Positions 18,398 to 29,151 of a stretch of 64,000 nucleotides of DNA are shown here, one piece after another. The notes under the pieces were generated by a model that was not told the origin of the DNA, made no database searches, and saw only the letters and a program-made list of their open reading frames with translations. Numbering within the stretch: position 1 is the first letter of the stretch; each line of letters opens with the position of its first letter. The stretch is from a virus (taxonomy: Duplodnaviria; Heunggongvirae; Uroviricota; Caudoviricetes), in IMG/VR virus record IMGVR_UViG_3300020049_013266, positions 10,815 through 74,814 of that record. One strand, 5' to 3'. A program made the position numbers and the translations under genes.

Positions 18398-21300
18398 ATG
18401 GAGCAACCTAAAAAGCCTAAATTCGACCCAACAAAAGCTTATGAAGAAGTAACGTCAGAAAAACCTAAGTTTAATCCTGATTTGCCTTTTGATGAAGTAA
18501 AAAAAAAAGACCCTTCTACATCTATCATTCAAAAGAAAGAGTTGGTTTTGGAACCGAAGACTGGTTCTTCGGGTGGTCGAGATATTGAAATGAAAACTTT
18601 TACGGGGTTGTCTGCGGAAGATTTGAAAACATTCAAATCTTCCGGAACTCCTATGCCCAAAATAAACAAGGAATTAAAAATTTCTTTGGATACGAACAAG
18701 GCTAACCTGAAACGAAAATCTGCTCTTGAAAAAGAACTTAAATCTGTTGTTGTTACTCCTGAAAACCAAGATGAAATATCTGCTAAAACAGATGAACTGT
18801 CGGCTATACAAAAACAGCAACAGGAATTCAAAGAGGCATCTGAGGCAAGGAGAATTGAGAAACAAAATTATAGTAAAATAAGTTCTCTTACCAATAAATT
18901 AGCTACGGGTAGTTCTCAACTTGGAGTAAATTTTGCAGCTATACCGGAACTTGCATATGATGTATTTGCTGCTCCTCAAAATGCCATTGCAGATGTATTC
19001 GATTTACCTAGTTTTAGAACAGATTCAGAAAAATTCAAGAAAACCATAGGTGTAAATAATGTTGTAAAAGATTATTATAAAAATGAAGTATCCCAACTTA
19101 GGGAAGAGGCGCAGAAAACAGATTTAAAATATCAAGGAGGGGTTTACGATTCGTTCGTTAACGGAGATTATCTCGGAGGATTCGATCAATTAACAAATAG
19201 TTTTACAGAATCGCTACCAGCTACAATGTCTATAATGGTTGGTGGAGCATACACTAAAGCACCTCAATTAATGGCGGCATCTTCCATGATGTTTGGAGCC
19301 GAAAAAGCCGAAAAATTAAAAGACGAAGACCCAGAAATGAATAACAATGTTCGTGTTGCAAACGCATTAGCAACAGGATTTATTCAAGGAGCTACCGAGA
19401 CTTTAAGTTCTGGAAGTATTGGCGCGGCAGCAAGAGGATTGGTTGAGAGGGAGGGAGCTAAAAAAGCAACTACAATTTTAAAAGACGGTCTTGTCGATTA
19501 CTACAAAACTGCATTGCAAAAGAATCCAATATTAGCATCGATGTCTGGGGAAGGATTAGAAGAAGCATTTCAAGGAGTTGCCGAAAATGCGGTTGATGTT
19601 GCGACTGGAGTTAAGCCGTCTGATTATAATATATACCAAACTGCAGTAGATGATTTCATTGGAGGGGCTTTTGGTGGAGCTGTTTTTGGAGGTGGGCTAA
19701 AAGGTCTTCAACAAATAACTAATTACCAAGACAAAAACCAGATAAAATCAAATACAAAAAAAGTATTCAATCTTCAAAATGAACTTCAAAATCCAGAATT
19801 GTCTCCGGAATCAAAAATTGAAATAAACAAAACTATTGACTCTCTGGTTAAGACCAATCAACAACTGGTTCAAAAGAATGTTGATCATGTAGAATCTTTG
19901 TCTCCAAAAGTCAAAGAAGAACTTCTTAAGGCTATTGATATTTCTGAATCGACTAAAGATAAAGCAAATCAGATTAAAAGCGACCCAAACACGTCTAAAG
20001 AGACAAAACAAATACTATTAGATAATCTTTCAAAAAAGTATAAAGTCGCGAATGAGCGTAAAACTAAAATTCTTGAAGGTTCTGTATCGGAAGTTGATGT
20101 TTTGCCTTTAAAAGAGCAAGACAAGCTAAAAAGAGAAGCATTAGAAGAGTTGACGGACGAACTTAACCCAGATGGTAAAAAAAACATAACAATCAGTAAT
20201 GAACAAATAACAAAAAGGGCTAATAAGATATACGACAGAACAAAAGATGTTAATTCCTTGACATTTGAAACCGTTGAACCAAAAACAAATACTGGTAGTC
20301 TATTTTTTGAAATAATTGCAAAATCAAAAGACGGGACTGATATAGGATCTATAGGCGTTTTTAAAAAAGGAGAAAATTTAGAGATAAGCGAGTCGGAACT
20401 TTACAATGACTCCTACAAAGGGAAGGGAGTTGGTTACGAAATGTATAAATCTATGGTAGCCGAGGCTAATAAAAAAGGCATAGAAGTTTTTAGTAGTTCT
20501 ACGGAATTCTCTAAAGACGCTCAAAAAGTATGGGAAAGATTAGAAAAAGAAGGACTAGCTATTAAAGTAGGAGATTTAAAAGGTGATCCTGATTATATAT
20601 CAAGAGAAGAGTTTCCACAATTTAAAACAATACTAAAAAATGAAATTAAATCAGAAACAACCTCTACTGGAACAACCGAAACCGAATCACAAACCGAAGT
20701 ACAAGAACCAACAAATGAAACAAAAGAGAAGGAAGTAGGAGAAAAAGGAGCTACAGTTGTATTAGAAGTAAAACCTGCTGAAAAAGTTGAAATCATAAAT
20801 GAAAGCCTACCGAAAACAGATACTGCTTCTGATGGAGATAATGGACTTGGAGTTAAGCCAGTGGATGAAGTACGAACTCCCAAGCAAGAAGATATTGTCG
20901 AAGAATCAGTTTCAGAAACCATTGACACTAAACCAAGTGAAAGAAAAGTTGAAGTAAAAAAAGAATTCAAAAGAGAGCCAGGAAAAAGAACTTTACTTAA
21001 TAGGCTTATTGAAGGAGGTAATGGAAAAGAAATTACTGAAAGCTTAAATGAATTACGAAACGACTACGATGTTAGAAATCAAAAAGAAGCAGATTCTTTT
21101 GCTAATAAGTTTATTGAAACAGTCGGACTTCCAGAAGCGCTTAGGGCGGCTAAAGATGGTTTAATAGAAAATAATGATATTAAGTTTTTAGTTTATTCAG
21201 AAGGATTGAATCAGTTAAAAAATGAAATTGATAGTGAATCCAATCTCGATGAAAGAGAATCTTTGATAAAGGAGTTTCAATCGCTTTCTGATTCATTTGA

Positions 21301-24300
21301 TAATGACGTTAGGAACTCTGGGCAAGGAATATCTATTTTAAATTACATCTACAATAAAGATCAGTCATTAAAATACAATCTATCAAAGTTGATTAGTGAT
21401 TATAAGGCAAATGATATTAATGGAGAAATTCCGGCAGAAGTAAAAGCTGAATTCGAGAAATTAACCAATCAGTTAAAGGATGTTGAGAAAAGAATAAAAG
21501 AAGCCGAAAAACGTGCTATAAAAGCCGAAGAAGAGCTTGCTATTAAAAATATTCAAGAAGATATTTCCAGGAAAAAAGAAATTTCCTCCAAAAACAAATC
21601 TGGCCTTACGGAAAAAGAACAAGTTCGTAAAAAAGAACTTAGAAACAAGTTTTTTGGAAGATTGAATGATGTTACAAGTATTGCTACAATGTTAGCTGAT
21701 AGTGAGTTTAGAGAATATTTGGGATTGACATTTAAGGCCGCCAAGGGAGATTTATCAAATTTTTCCAAACAAATTTTGAAAGAAATAGGAGATGGAGCTA
21801 AAAAACACATGCCTAATTTATTCAAAGAAGCGGAAGCTATATTTAATGAAGTTTCTAAAAAGGAACAACCAAAGGTAACTATAGACGAAAATGGGAAAAT
21901 AAAAATTCCAAATCAATTGTTCAGAGATTATGTAGAGGCCGGAGAAACAGACATTGATGTTATTTCTCAAAAAATAAAAGAAGATATATCAGAAGAATAT
22001 CCGGATGTTGATGTACGCGATATTCGTGATGCATTAACCGGTTATGGAAAACAAATAAATCCAAATAAGGATGAAATAACCGGAAAAATAAATCGTTTAA
22101 AAGAGTACGGGAGACTTCTATCTGCTTATGAAGATGTCTTGGGAGGAGATATGCCTAAGAAAACTGGAATCAAACGAGAAAAACCAGAGCAAAAGTCGAG
22201 AGAATTAAGAAGAGAGGTGAATCGTTTAGCAAAAGAATTAGGTCTTGAATCCGTCAACTTAGAAGAGCAATGGGCTACAGCTATTGATAAGATAAAATCA
22301 GGACTTAGAAACCAAATAGAAGATTTAGATAAGCAAATTTCAAAAGGAGAAAAAAGAAAAGTTGAAAGAATAGAAACCAGACTTGATTCTGAGGCAGAAG
22401 CATTGAAGTCTATTCGAGATGAAAAGAAAAAAATACTTGATGAATTAGTCGGCAAGCCTGAATTAACAGAAGAGCAAAGAATATCCAGAGCCGAAAACAC
22501 TTTGGAAAAATCTATTGCTAAGTTACAAGAAGAAATCGATACGCAAAATATTGCTTACAAAGAAAAACCAAGCCCGCTGAATTCTGCTAAACTTGAAAAT
22601 TTACGAACTCAAAAGAAAGGCTTAGTTGCAGCAAAAGAACTTTTGCGTGAAGAAGCAGGGCTTGTGGAAGAAAAACGCTTAAAAACGGCAAAAACGAGGG
22701 TTAAAAAGCAAATATCTGATTTAGAAGAAAGGATAGCTAACAAAGATTTTGCTAAAAAAGAAGTAAAACCTATTCTGGCAGATGATGAATTAAATAATCT
22801 GCGCGCAGAAAAAGAAGAAATTTATGAGCATTTTGAAAAACTTAAATATATCCAAGAATTAAAAAACAGAACTAAAGCCAGAAAGTTTTTGGACGCAGCT
22901 CTTGAATCACTAGGATTACTTCGTGCTGTAAAAGCTTCTTTGGATTTAGGTCTTATAGGTATTCAGCTAAGAGGCTTTACCTACTCAGAATTATTAAGAA
23001 GTCCGAAAGAATTAGGTAAAAAGTTTTTGAAGTTATTTGGGTCGATCGGTTCTCAAAAGAAAAGTGAAAAAGCTATGGCTCAATTAATTGGGCATCCTTT
23101 GTATGGATTAGCAAAAAAACTGGATATTGGGATCACACAGCCGGACCTTAGAAATGAAGTTCGTGAAGAGATGGCTTCTGGCAATTTGTTGAGGTTTATT
23201 TGGAACTCACCTATGATAGCTACGAAACTATTAGGAGGAAAAGAATTTACAGATGCAAAAAGAAAATCTATTGGAGACACTATGATTGATATCTTTAAAA
23301 AGCAATACAACAAAGTAGCCAAGGATAAATTAGAAATCACTGAAAAAGATAAGATTTCGCGTTCTCAACAATGGAAAAATATAAATGCATTTGAAGCCAT
23401 CGAAAGAGGTCTTTCAGCTTACGGGAACCAGTTGAGATTCGAAGAGTTTGTTCGTGGAGTAGATAAGCTAAAAGCGGAAGGAAAAGATCCTGTAAATAAT
23501 CCCGAAGATTATGAATCTTTAGCAAGTTATATTAGAACTTTTTCAGGTAGAGCAAAACCAAAAGCGTTAGTTACAAATCAAAAACTATTAAATGTTTTTT
23601 TCTTTTCTTTTAAGAACGCTGTGTCTGTTTTTCAACAATTAAATCCATGGTATATGGTTTATGAGCTTAATAAGGCTAATTTTAAAAATGGGAAATTTAA
23701 ACAAACAACTGCAGGTAAAATGGCTATGGCAACTATGTTTAAATCTGTGGCTTCAACAACAGCTACTATTTTGTTTATCATGGCAGCATATAATGCTTTC
23801 AAAGATGATGACGATGAAGAAATGACAATAGAAACCGATCCAAACAGTTCTGATTTCGGAAAAATACGTAAAGGAAATTTTAGATATGATCCTTGGGGTG
23901 GTTACGTTCCTTTGATTACGCTATATTTCAGACTATTTACTGAGGAAGTGAAAAAGGCTGACGGAACCAAATATAAATTTGGTGAAGACAGGTTTGGTAT
24001 AGAAAGCAGAGGAGATGCAGCATCTCGTTTTCTATTCAATAAAGAATCTCCAGGATTTCAAGCATTTCATCATTACATGACCTCAAAAGAAGAAGTTGAT
24101 GAAACTACTGGAGAAACAGTGAGAGTGAATAAGTTTGGCGAAAAACTTTCGGAGGATGAAGCTTTCTCATTGTATCCAATATTTATTGGTTCTATTAAAA
24201 AAAATATGGAAGAAGATCCGGATGCCGTGAAAGACTTTTTGACTTATTGGTCAGTACTTGGATTAGGTAACGTTCAGAATTATGAATCGAAATCCAAATC

Positions 24301-24370
24301 AGGAGGTAAAAAAGGAAAAGGTTCTGGTCCGAATCCTCCTTCGCCACCAAAACCTCCAACTCCAAATTAA
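18398..24370 (+). CDS. giant virion protein (tape-measure or internal ejection protein-like), 1990 aa, with embedded GNAT-like motif
   Basis: 6-kb ORF with long coiled-coil K/E regions, Gly-rich hydrophobic stretches (GGAFGGAVFGGGLKG), a C-terminal transmembrane-like segment and a PPSPPKPP tail; residues around 640-720 carry a YKGKGVGYEMYKSMVAEA motif-A-like signature. Confidence 0.6.
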   Translation: MEQPKKPKFDPTKAYEEVTSEKPKFNPDLPFDEVKKKDPSTSIIQKKELVLEPKTGSSGGRDIEMKTFTGLSAEDLKTFKSSGTPMPKINKELKISLDTNKANLKRKSALEKELKSVVVTPENQDEISAKTDELSAIQKQQQEFKEASEARRIEKQNYSKISSLTNKLATGSSQLGVNFAAIPELAYDVFAAPQNAIADVFDLPSFRTDSEKFKKTIGVNNVVKDYYKNEVSQLREEAQKTDLKYQGGVYDSFVNGDYLGGFDQLTNSFTESLPATMSIMVGGAYTKAPQLMAASSMMFGAEKAEKLKDEDPEMNNNVRVANALATGFIQGATETLSSGSIGAAARGLVEREGAKKATTILKDGLVDYYKTALQKNPILASMSGEGLEEAFQGVAENAVDVATGVKPSDYNIYQTAVDDFIGGAFGGAVFGGGLKGLQQITNYQDKNQIKSNTKKVFNLQNELQNPELSPESKIEINKTIDSLVKTNQQLVQKNVDHVESLSPKVKEELLKAIDISESTKDKANQIKSDPNTSKETKQILLDNLSKKYKVANERKTKILEGSVSEVDVLPLKEQDKLKREALEELTDELNPDGKKNITISNEQITKRANKIYDRTKDVNSLTFETVEPKTNTGSLFFEIIAKSKDGTDIGSIGVFKKGENLEISESELYNDSYKGKGVGYEMYKSMVAEANKKGIEVFSSSTEFSKDAQKVWERLEKEGLAIKVGDLKGDPDYISREEFPQFKTILKNEIKSETTSTGTTETESQTEVQEPTNETKEKEVGEKGATVVLEVKPAEKVEIINESLPKTDTASDGDNGLGVKPVDEVRTPKQEDIVEESVSETIDTKPSERKVEVKKEFKREPGKRTLLNRLIEGGNGKEITESLNELRNDYDVRNQKEADSFANKFIETVGLPEALRAAKDGLIENNDIKFLVYSEGLNQLKNEIDSESNLDERESLIKEFQSLSDSFDNDVRNSGQGISILNYIYNKDQSLKYNLSKLISDYKANDINGEIPAEVKAEFEKLTNQLKDVEKRIKEAEKRAIKAEEELAIKNIQEDISRKKEISSKNKSGLTEKEQVRKKELRNKFFGRLNDVTSIATMLADSEFREYLGLTFKAAKGDLSNFSKQILKEIGDGAKKHMPNLFKEAEAIFNEVSKKEQPKVTIDENGKIKIPNQLFRDYVEAGETDIDVISQKIKEDISEEYPDVDVRDIRDALTGYGKQINPNKDEITGKINRLKEYGRLLSAYEDVLGGDMPKKTGIKREKPEQKSRELRREVNRLAKELGLESVNLEEQWATAIDKIKSGLRNQIEDLDKQISKGEKRKVERIETRLDSEAEALKSIRDEKKKILDELVGKPELTEEQRISRAENTLEKSIAKLQEEIDTQNIAYKEKPSPLNSAKLENLRTQKKGLVAAKELLREEAGLVEEKRLKTAKTRVKKQISDLEERIANKDFAKKEVKPILADDELNNLRAEKEEIYEHFEKLKYIQELKNRTKARKFLDAALESLGLLRAVKASLDLGLIGIQLRGFTYSELLRSPKELGKKFLKLFGSIGSQKKSEKAMAQLIGHPLYGLAKKLDIGITQPDLRNEVREEMASGNLLRFIWNSPMIATKLLGGKEFTDAKRKSIGDTMIDIFKKQYNKVAKDKLEITEKDKISRSQQWKNINAFEAIERGLSAYGNQLRFEEFVRGVDKLKAEGKDPVNNPEDYESLASYIRTFSGRAKPKALVTNQKLLNVFFFSFKNAVSVFQQLNPWYMVYELNKANFKNGKFKQTTAGKMAMATMFKSVASTTATILFIMAAYNAFKDDDDEEMTIETDPNSSDFGKIRKGNFRYDPWGGYVPLITLYFRLFTEEVKKADGTKYKFGEDRFGIESRGDAASRFLFNKESPGFQAFHHYMTSKEEVDETTGETVRVNKFGEKLSEDEAFSLYPIFIGSIKKNMEEDPDAVKDFLTYWSVLGLGNVQNYESKSKSGGKKGKGSGPNPPSPPKPPTPN

Positions 24371-24415
24371 TAAATAACTCCTAACTAAATGTTAGGAGTT
24401 ATTGCTTTTAAGTAT
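24371..24415. terminator. bidirectional terminator: 13-bp stem AATAACTCCTAAC / GTTAGGAGTTATT
   Basis: Perfect 13-bp inverted repeat with a 5-nt loop, followed by GCTTTT; it separates the convergent 18398..24370 (+) and 24385..25146 (-) genes. Confidence 0.65.
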
Positions 24416-25146
24416 TCTTCAAAATTATTAAACAATGGAATTCCCATTATGTCTTGTCTTGATGCTTCAAAAGCACTTTGCAAATCTTCTTTAGCGTATC
24501 TATGATTTGCTAAATATTCGTATTGTTTCATATTAATCGTTCCGAAATATACTGGTTTATCAGATGCCTTGGTGACAATTGATGAACTATCTGTGAATTT
24601 GAATTCTGTACCGTTTATAATCCAAAGGTGCTTGCCCTTTAGTTGTTCTTTCGATAAAAATTCTGGGGTACAAGATTTTGTATCAACAAGATAATTATCA
24701 ATATTGGAGTTTGATTGTCTAATTTGATCTATCTCTTCTTTTGATAAGTATTCCGCAATAGGAATAAAACGTGAATTGCTTTCGTTTGATGATTCCGGAG
24801 GAGTGAATTTCTTTAATCCATTATCTTCAATGAATTTATCAAACTTTTCTCTGGACAAAAAAGTTGTTGTAGTAGAGCTTCCGTCTAAGTCAATTCTGCT
24901 TCCTTCTTTTGGCTCGTCAGGATCAATGTATTCGATATTAGACTTTCGCTTGTTTGCCATAATAGATAATGCGGTAGCTATTAACCTATCAGAACCATAA
25001 TTTTCTTTATGTAAATTGTCTTTTTCAATAGCAATTGCTAATTCACATTGTTGCAAGAAGCAATTCAGCAAAAATTCTTGTTTGGCCTCTGGAGCATCTA
25101 ATCCATTTATATAAGCTATTTGCTCGTTGTTTAGTTTTAAGTTCAT
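24385..25146 (-). CDS. hypothetical protein
   Basis: 253-aa ORF; the last gene of the long minus-strand block. Confidence 0.5.
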   Translation of the reverse strand: MNLKLNNEQIAYINGLDAPEAKQEFLLNCFLQQCELAIAIEKDNLHKENYGSDRLIATALSIMANKRKSNIEYIDPDEPKEGSRIDLDGSSTTTTFLSREKFDKFIEDNGLKKFTPPESSNESNSRFIPIAEYLSKEEIDQIRQSNSNIDNYLVDTKSCTPEFLSKEQLKGKHLWIINGTEFKFTDSSSIVTKASDKPVYFGTINMKQYEYLANHRYAKEDLQSAFEASRQDIMGIPLFNNFEEYLKAITPNI

Positions 25147-25300
25147 TGTTTTGAGTTCTAAGGGTTTGTTAAATATTCTTCAACTTCTTCAATTGTCATT
25201 TCCCAAGTAATAGGAAACTCTACGGTTTTAACATCATTGTACATGTCTCGATATTCGAAAACATCGTATTTGTTATTAGAAGATATTTTATTCACGCAGG

Positions 25301-25609
25301 TTATTTCGTTTGTTGGCATGGCTCATGAGTTAAATTATTCAGGTATTCGGAAATTACATCTCCATGGCAAGCATGAGGTTTGCAAAAGCATCCAAGCTTT
25401 TTGTCTTTTAATTCCAAAACCCTGCTTTTGAATTCGGAATCATTTTCTAATCTTTCTAAAAACCATTTTTTGTATTTCTCTAACGTAGAACCTCTATCTT
25501 CTCCTTTTTCAAGCTTAAACGGGTTTCCAAAATAACCACTTTTACCTTTGCCTTCACGTCCGATATAAACATCATAAGGCTCTTTGTATAAATTAACTGC
25601 AGTTGTCAT
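25301..25609 (-). CDS. DUF4326-like protein
   Basis: YDVYIGREGKGKSGYFGNPF...CFCKPHACHGDV matches the DUF4326 signature (YxGR...G.PFGNP...C.C.P..CH.D). Confidence 0.5.
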   Translation of the reverse strand: MTTAVNLYKEPYDVYIGREGKGKSGYFGNPFKLEKGEDRGSTLEKYKKWFLERLENDSEFKSRVLELKDKKLGCFCKPHACHGDVISEYLNNLTHEPCQQTK

Positions 25610-25612
25610 AAA

Positions 25613-25819
25613 TTATTTTTTAGTTTCGTGTTGATAACATATTCTTAAAAACTCTTCGGCTGCATCCTCCGGAATTGTCCCTACGTTGACTTGAAAGCCA
25701 ATCGGTTTTATTTCTTTCCATTCAATTTTAGGTTGGCTCCGGAGAAAAGCGCGCATGTCTTTTTGCTGTTTCATAAGCTCAGGTGTTATCTGAACCTTGT
25801 CCATTGCTTTACGAGGCAT
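25613..25819 (-). CDS. hypothetical protein
   Basis: 68-aa ORF packed between the clamp and DUF4326 genes. Confidence 0.4.
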   Translation of the reverse strand: MPRKAMDKVQITPELMKQQKDMRAFLRSQPKIEWKEIKPIGFQVNVGTIPEDAAEEFLRICYQHETKK

Positions 25820-25821
25820 GA

Positions 25822-26904
25822 CTAAGTCGCTTTCATTGGGGAGAACAATATTCTCGTATTATCTTCCACTAACAATGTTGGAAAATTTGAAGCGCTGAAA
25901 TACATACTCACATCTTGCTCCAGAGTAGATAAAACAGTTTTGAATTTATTAATATTCAACCCCATTCTTATGTCAATTCCTTCGTAAACAAAATCTGTTA
26001 TAGATTCTTTGGCAGTGTGTTTAAGGAAGTCGTTTTCATAGGAAAGATTTAATTTATCCTTCGATACTTCCATGATTAAAAATTTGCTATCCTTGTCTGC
26101 AATAGCGGAAAATCTTTTCACACAAGCCAAGAACAATTCTCTGTTTATTTTCAAGCAATTGTCTTTTTTAAGTGAGTCCAAAACTTTGCCGTAATCCGGT
26201 GGCTTAACTGCTAATTGAAGTGTTTCAATTGAAACATTATCAAAATACGCACAGAAATACCCTGAATTATACCTTATTGATAAGTCGGCATCTGGGTTGA
26301 TTGTTTGACTGATGAATTTCGCAGATTCCGTTGTCAATAAAATATCTACATCATCCCCATTGTAATCGAATTTCTTCTCATAGAAACAAATATTACTAAT
26401 GCCAGCAATATTCAATTGATTATCTTTTGACTTTATCAAAACTCTATTAAGGTTCTCTGTCAAGGTATCAACAAAAGGAATTGATTTCCTAAGTCCGTCC
26501 AAGAATAATTCAGAATCCACTTTGAAAAAACTAAGATCACCTAAGTTAGGGCTTTCCGGAAACAATCTAAAATCTTCTGTAGGCAAACTGTATGATCCTA
26601 AATCAGAAGAAATATCAAGCATTACTTTATTTAATTCCAGAGACAGCTCAATACTTGGCAGACTTGCTAATATATTGCATAGGAGAGATTTCTGAACGCA
26701 AAAAGCAAACTTTTCATCGCTCTCAATCTTCATTGTGATGCTGGCACGAGTTTCCTGGTTGTACGATGTTATCTTTAATTCATTGTCCAGAACACTGATC
26801 AATAAATTACTTAATATCGGAAGAGTGGTCCGATCCTTCACAACCGGAGCCACTACATTGATTGATTTTAGTAAATCAACGCTGTTTACGATTATCGTAC
26901 TCAT
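25822..26904 (-). CDS. DNA polymerase sliding clamp (DnaN/beta-clamp-like)
   Basis: 360 aa; the N-terminal RTTLPILSNLLISVLDNELKITSYNQETRASITM parallels bacterial DnaN RPTLPILGNLLLQV...LSLTGTDLE...; the length matches a beta clamp. Confidence 0.6.
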   Translation of the reverse strand: MSTIIVNSVDLLKSINVVAPVVKDRTTLPILSNLLISVLDNELKITSYNQETRASITMKIESDEKFAFCVQKSLLCNILASLPSIELSLELNKVMLDISSDLGSYSLPTEDFRLFPESPNLGDLSFFKVDSELFLDGLRKSIPFVDTLTENLNRVLIKSKDNQLNIAGISNICFYEKKFDYNGDDVDILLTTESAKFISQTINPDADLSIRYNSGYFCAYFDNVSIETLQLAVKPPDYGKVLDSLKKDNCLKINRELFLACVKRFSAIADKDSKFLIMEVSKDKLNLSYENDFLKHTAKESITDFVYEGIDIRMGLNINKFKTVLSTLEQDVSMYFSASNFPTLLVEDNTRILFSPMKAT

Positions 26905-27194
26905 TATACAGCGTATTTATTTACGAAGTCTTCTAAATCGGAAGCAGGAATTCTTGATAAATTTTCAAATAGCTTTTCCAGTGCCAAGTCTGTAACTATA
27001 TTGCTTTGAAAGTTTTTAGGGAGTTCATAAGAACTATTGTCCTTTTCTTCAATAGCCTCCTCTAAAACAGCAACCTCTTCTTTTAGATCATTTATTTTTT
27101 TTACATGATCACTTATTTCCTGATCTTGTTTCTCAATAAATGTTCCTACTATTCCAGTAATTTTACTGATTTGTTCTAATACTTCTGATTTCAT
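26904..27194 (-). CDS. hypothetical coiled-coil protein
   Basis: 96-aa ORF; its start is coupled to the clamp gene. Confidence 0.45.
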   Translation of the reverse strand: MKSEVLEQISKITGIVGTFIEKQDQEISDHVKKINDLKEEVAVLEEAIEEKDNSSYELPKNFQSNIVTDLALEKLFENLSRIPASDLEDFVNKYAV

Positions 27195-27204
27195 TTTATT
27201 TGAT

Positions 27205-27495
27205 TTAAGTGTTTCTACTAATTAATTTTGAATATAATTCAATTGCATATTCTTTTTGTTCTTCTGGCAACTTGTGTAATGCATACCAATACGAATTCCC
27301 AAATTTATTGTAATCTGATTTTATCTCTTTGTCCAGTTCTAACTTATGAGTCAAAGATAACTCAGAAACCCTAGTGCGAAATCCTGATAAATATGGGAAT
27401 GAGAATATAGAAACTTCTCCATTTAAAATTAGCTCTAATAAAATTTCCTGAGTATTGGTTTTTGGATTTGGATATCCATGTATTGTGTTTTTCAT
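27205..27495 (-). CDS. hypothetical protein
   Basis: 96-aa ORF. Confidence 0.45.
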   Translation of the reverse strand: MKNTIHGYPNPKTNTQEILLELILNGEVSIFSFPYLSGFRTRVSELSLTHKLELDKEIKSDYNKFGNSYWYALHKLPEEQKEYAIELYSKLISRNT

Positions 27496-28256
27496 TTTAA
27501 CGGTTTTTTAAATTCATATTTTTCTATTAATTCTAAAATATCGTCCGCTTGTAAATCAAACCACTCTCCACGTATTCTTTTTTCTCTGAACTTTTTGTGT
27601 AGATTTGTCTCTATGTTATTTTCGCAAACTAAAACCAATTCTATAGTTGGCTTTTCAGAGGCAAGAGTTTTTTCTCTTTCTATAGCATTTTTTGACTTCC
27701 CTATTTTATAGAAACCCGTGTTATGATCAATCATTACATACGTTTTTTGTAAAAGTATTTTTTCTGATTTATTGTTTGAATTCTCTTTCATTTCTTTTTC
27801 GAAATCTTCTTCATTCTTAACCACTCTAAAATAATCAATAGATAAAAATGTCTCATTGTTAAACTCAACCATAGAGCTGCAATGTCCTGAAACACACCAA
27901 GAGGATAATAATATATATGTATTTAATGGAAGAATATCTGTAAGTTTTACGTAAGGCTCTGAATCAAATAAATATGTTCTAGCATTATCTTTAAGCGTTT
28001 TTCCATTGGTTATTAAATAAATACGCAAACTTTGTTCAAAACTTCGTATTTTGCAAATACGCATAGATTCTTCATTAGAATATACTTCTTTTACTTCTAT
28101 TTTATTAGAAATCAACCATTCGTCAGATAATCCTAAGCACATAATATGTCTGCTAGAAGCTTTAGTATGATTGATTCCAGAATCAACTTCATCTAATATT
28201 TTTCTCAATTCTGCAATATCAGTTTTTATCTCTAGCCTATTTTTTAAAGTTATCAT
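27492..28256 (-). CDS. T5orf172/GIY-YIG-like domain protein
   Basis: C-terminal YVMIDHNTGFYKIGKSKNAIEREKTL...NLHKKFREKRIRGEWFDL matches the T5orf172 (MUG113) pattern; the N-terminal domain is unknown. Confidence 0.55.
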   Translation of the reverse strand: MITLKNRLEIKTDIAELRKILDEVDSGINHTKASSRHIMCLGLSDEWLISNKIEVKEVYSNEESMRICKIRSFEQSLRIYLITNGKTLKDNARTYLFDSEPYVKLTDILPLNTYILLSSWCVSGHCSSMVEFNNETFLSIDYFRVVKNEEDFEKEMKENSNNKSEKILLQKTYVMIDHNTGFYKIGKSKNAIEREKTLASEKPTIELVLVCENNIETNLHKKFREKRIRGEWFDLQADDILELIEKYEFKKPLK

Positions 28257-28259
28257 ATT

Positions 28260-28751
28260 TTAATAAGTTATGGTTAATTCTATTCTTGCATCGAACAATT
28301 CTTTTATTTCTACAAAACGGCAGGTCTTTTCTTTTATAAACGCAACAGTATCCTGTTTTATTACATTATCCAAAACTAAAGTGTCATTTCCTATTTTAGT
28401 CCACAAATCCGCTAGATTATCTAAATCCCATGAAGGGGAATAATCTTTTTTTGGTAGGTTCCACGATATTCCGGTTTTCAGTCTTCTTACATCCCCGTGA
28501 TTTAAAACGGTATGAAATTCATATAGCAGCGAAATGTTATTTGAGCAAATATTTAATCCTTTGAATTCGGGATCAATATTATCTGAAAAATGCTCATGTA
28601 GGTAATTCACAACTATTGCCCTGGAAAAATGATTCAAACTCCCATTATAAATAGCCTGGTTGTTTATCTTCATATATTTGTCGGCTTTAATTTTGTTGTT
28701 GGTTTTACGAACATGGGTTAGTAATGGAATTGTTAGTTTTATTTCATTCAT
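28260..28751 (-). CDS. hypothetical protein
   Basis: 163-aa ORF. Confidence 0.5.
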   Translation of the reverse strand: MNEIKLTIPLLTHVRKTNNKIKADKYMKINNQAIYNGSLNHFSRAIVVNYLHEHFSDNIDPEFKGLNICSNNISLLYEFHTVLNHGDVRRLKTGISWNLPKKDYSPSWDLDNLADLWTKIGNDTLVLDNVIKQDTVAFIKEKTCRFVEIKELFDARIELTITY

Positions 28752-29151
28752 TTGATAGTCTGTTTAGAGAATAGCCATTGCTTTTGGCCCATTCAGGATT
28801 TTCTTCGACATATTTGTGGCCTTCACGAGATAATGCAATCCAATATCTTTGATCTAAAAGCAAGGTTCCAATTCTTCCGCGTTTATGGTGGATGTCCGTG
28901 GTTGGTTTTTTGGTGATTGGACAAATTTTATTTTCCGGCTTACCAAGAAAAACAATTCGGTCAGCGGAGTACTGCAGGTTTTCTACAGATCGCTTATCAG
29001 AAACTTTTTTAATTGGTTTCTGCGTTTTCTTTACACCAGATATTTTATTTGCCTGATATTCCTGTTTTGAATCATTGCAGTCTGGAGAATCACAATGCTT
29101 TTGAAGAAAATATTTTGGAGTAAATTTTTGATTACAATTAATACATCTCAT
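28744..29151 (-). CDS. zinc-finger HNH-like nuclease (NinG/Rap-like candidate)
   Basis: CINC...C.SPDC zinc knuckle, then DIHHKRGR...YWIALSREGH resembling an HNH core. Confidence 0.35.
   Translation of the reverse strand: MRCINCNQKFTPKYFLQKHCDSPDCNDSKQEYQANKISGVKKTQKPIKKVSDKRSVENLQYSADRIVFLGKPENKICPITKKPTTDIHHKRGRIGTLLLDQRYWIALSREGHKYVEENPEWAKSNGYSLNRLSNE

Noticed and set aside
681-24000. Numerous 60-125-aa minus-strand ORFs inside the large plus-strand structural genes (for example 681..866, 874..1152, 1401..1697, 3550..3846, 11590..11940, 18529..18831, 20593..20970, 22126..22500)
   Set aside because: They are antisense shadow ORFs within long, clearly coding plus-strand genes. They are low-complexity, S/F/L-rich translations typical of the reverse strand of K/E-rich coding sequence.
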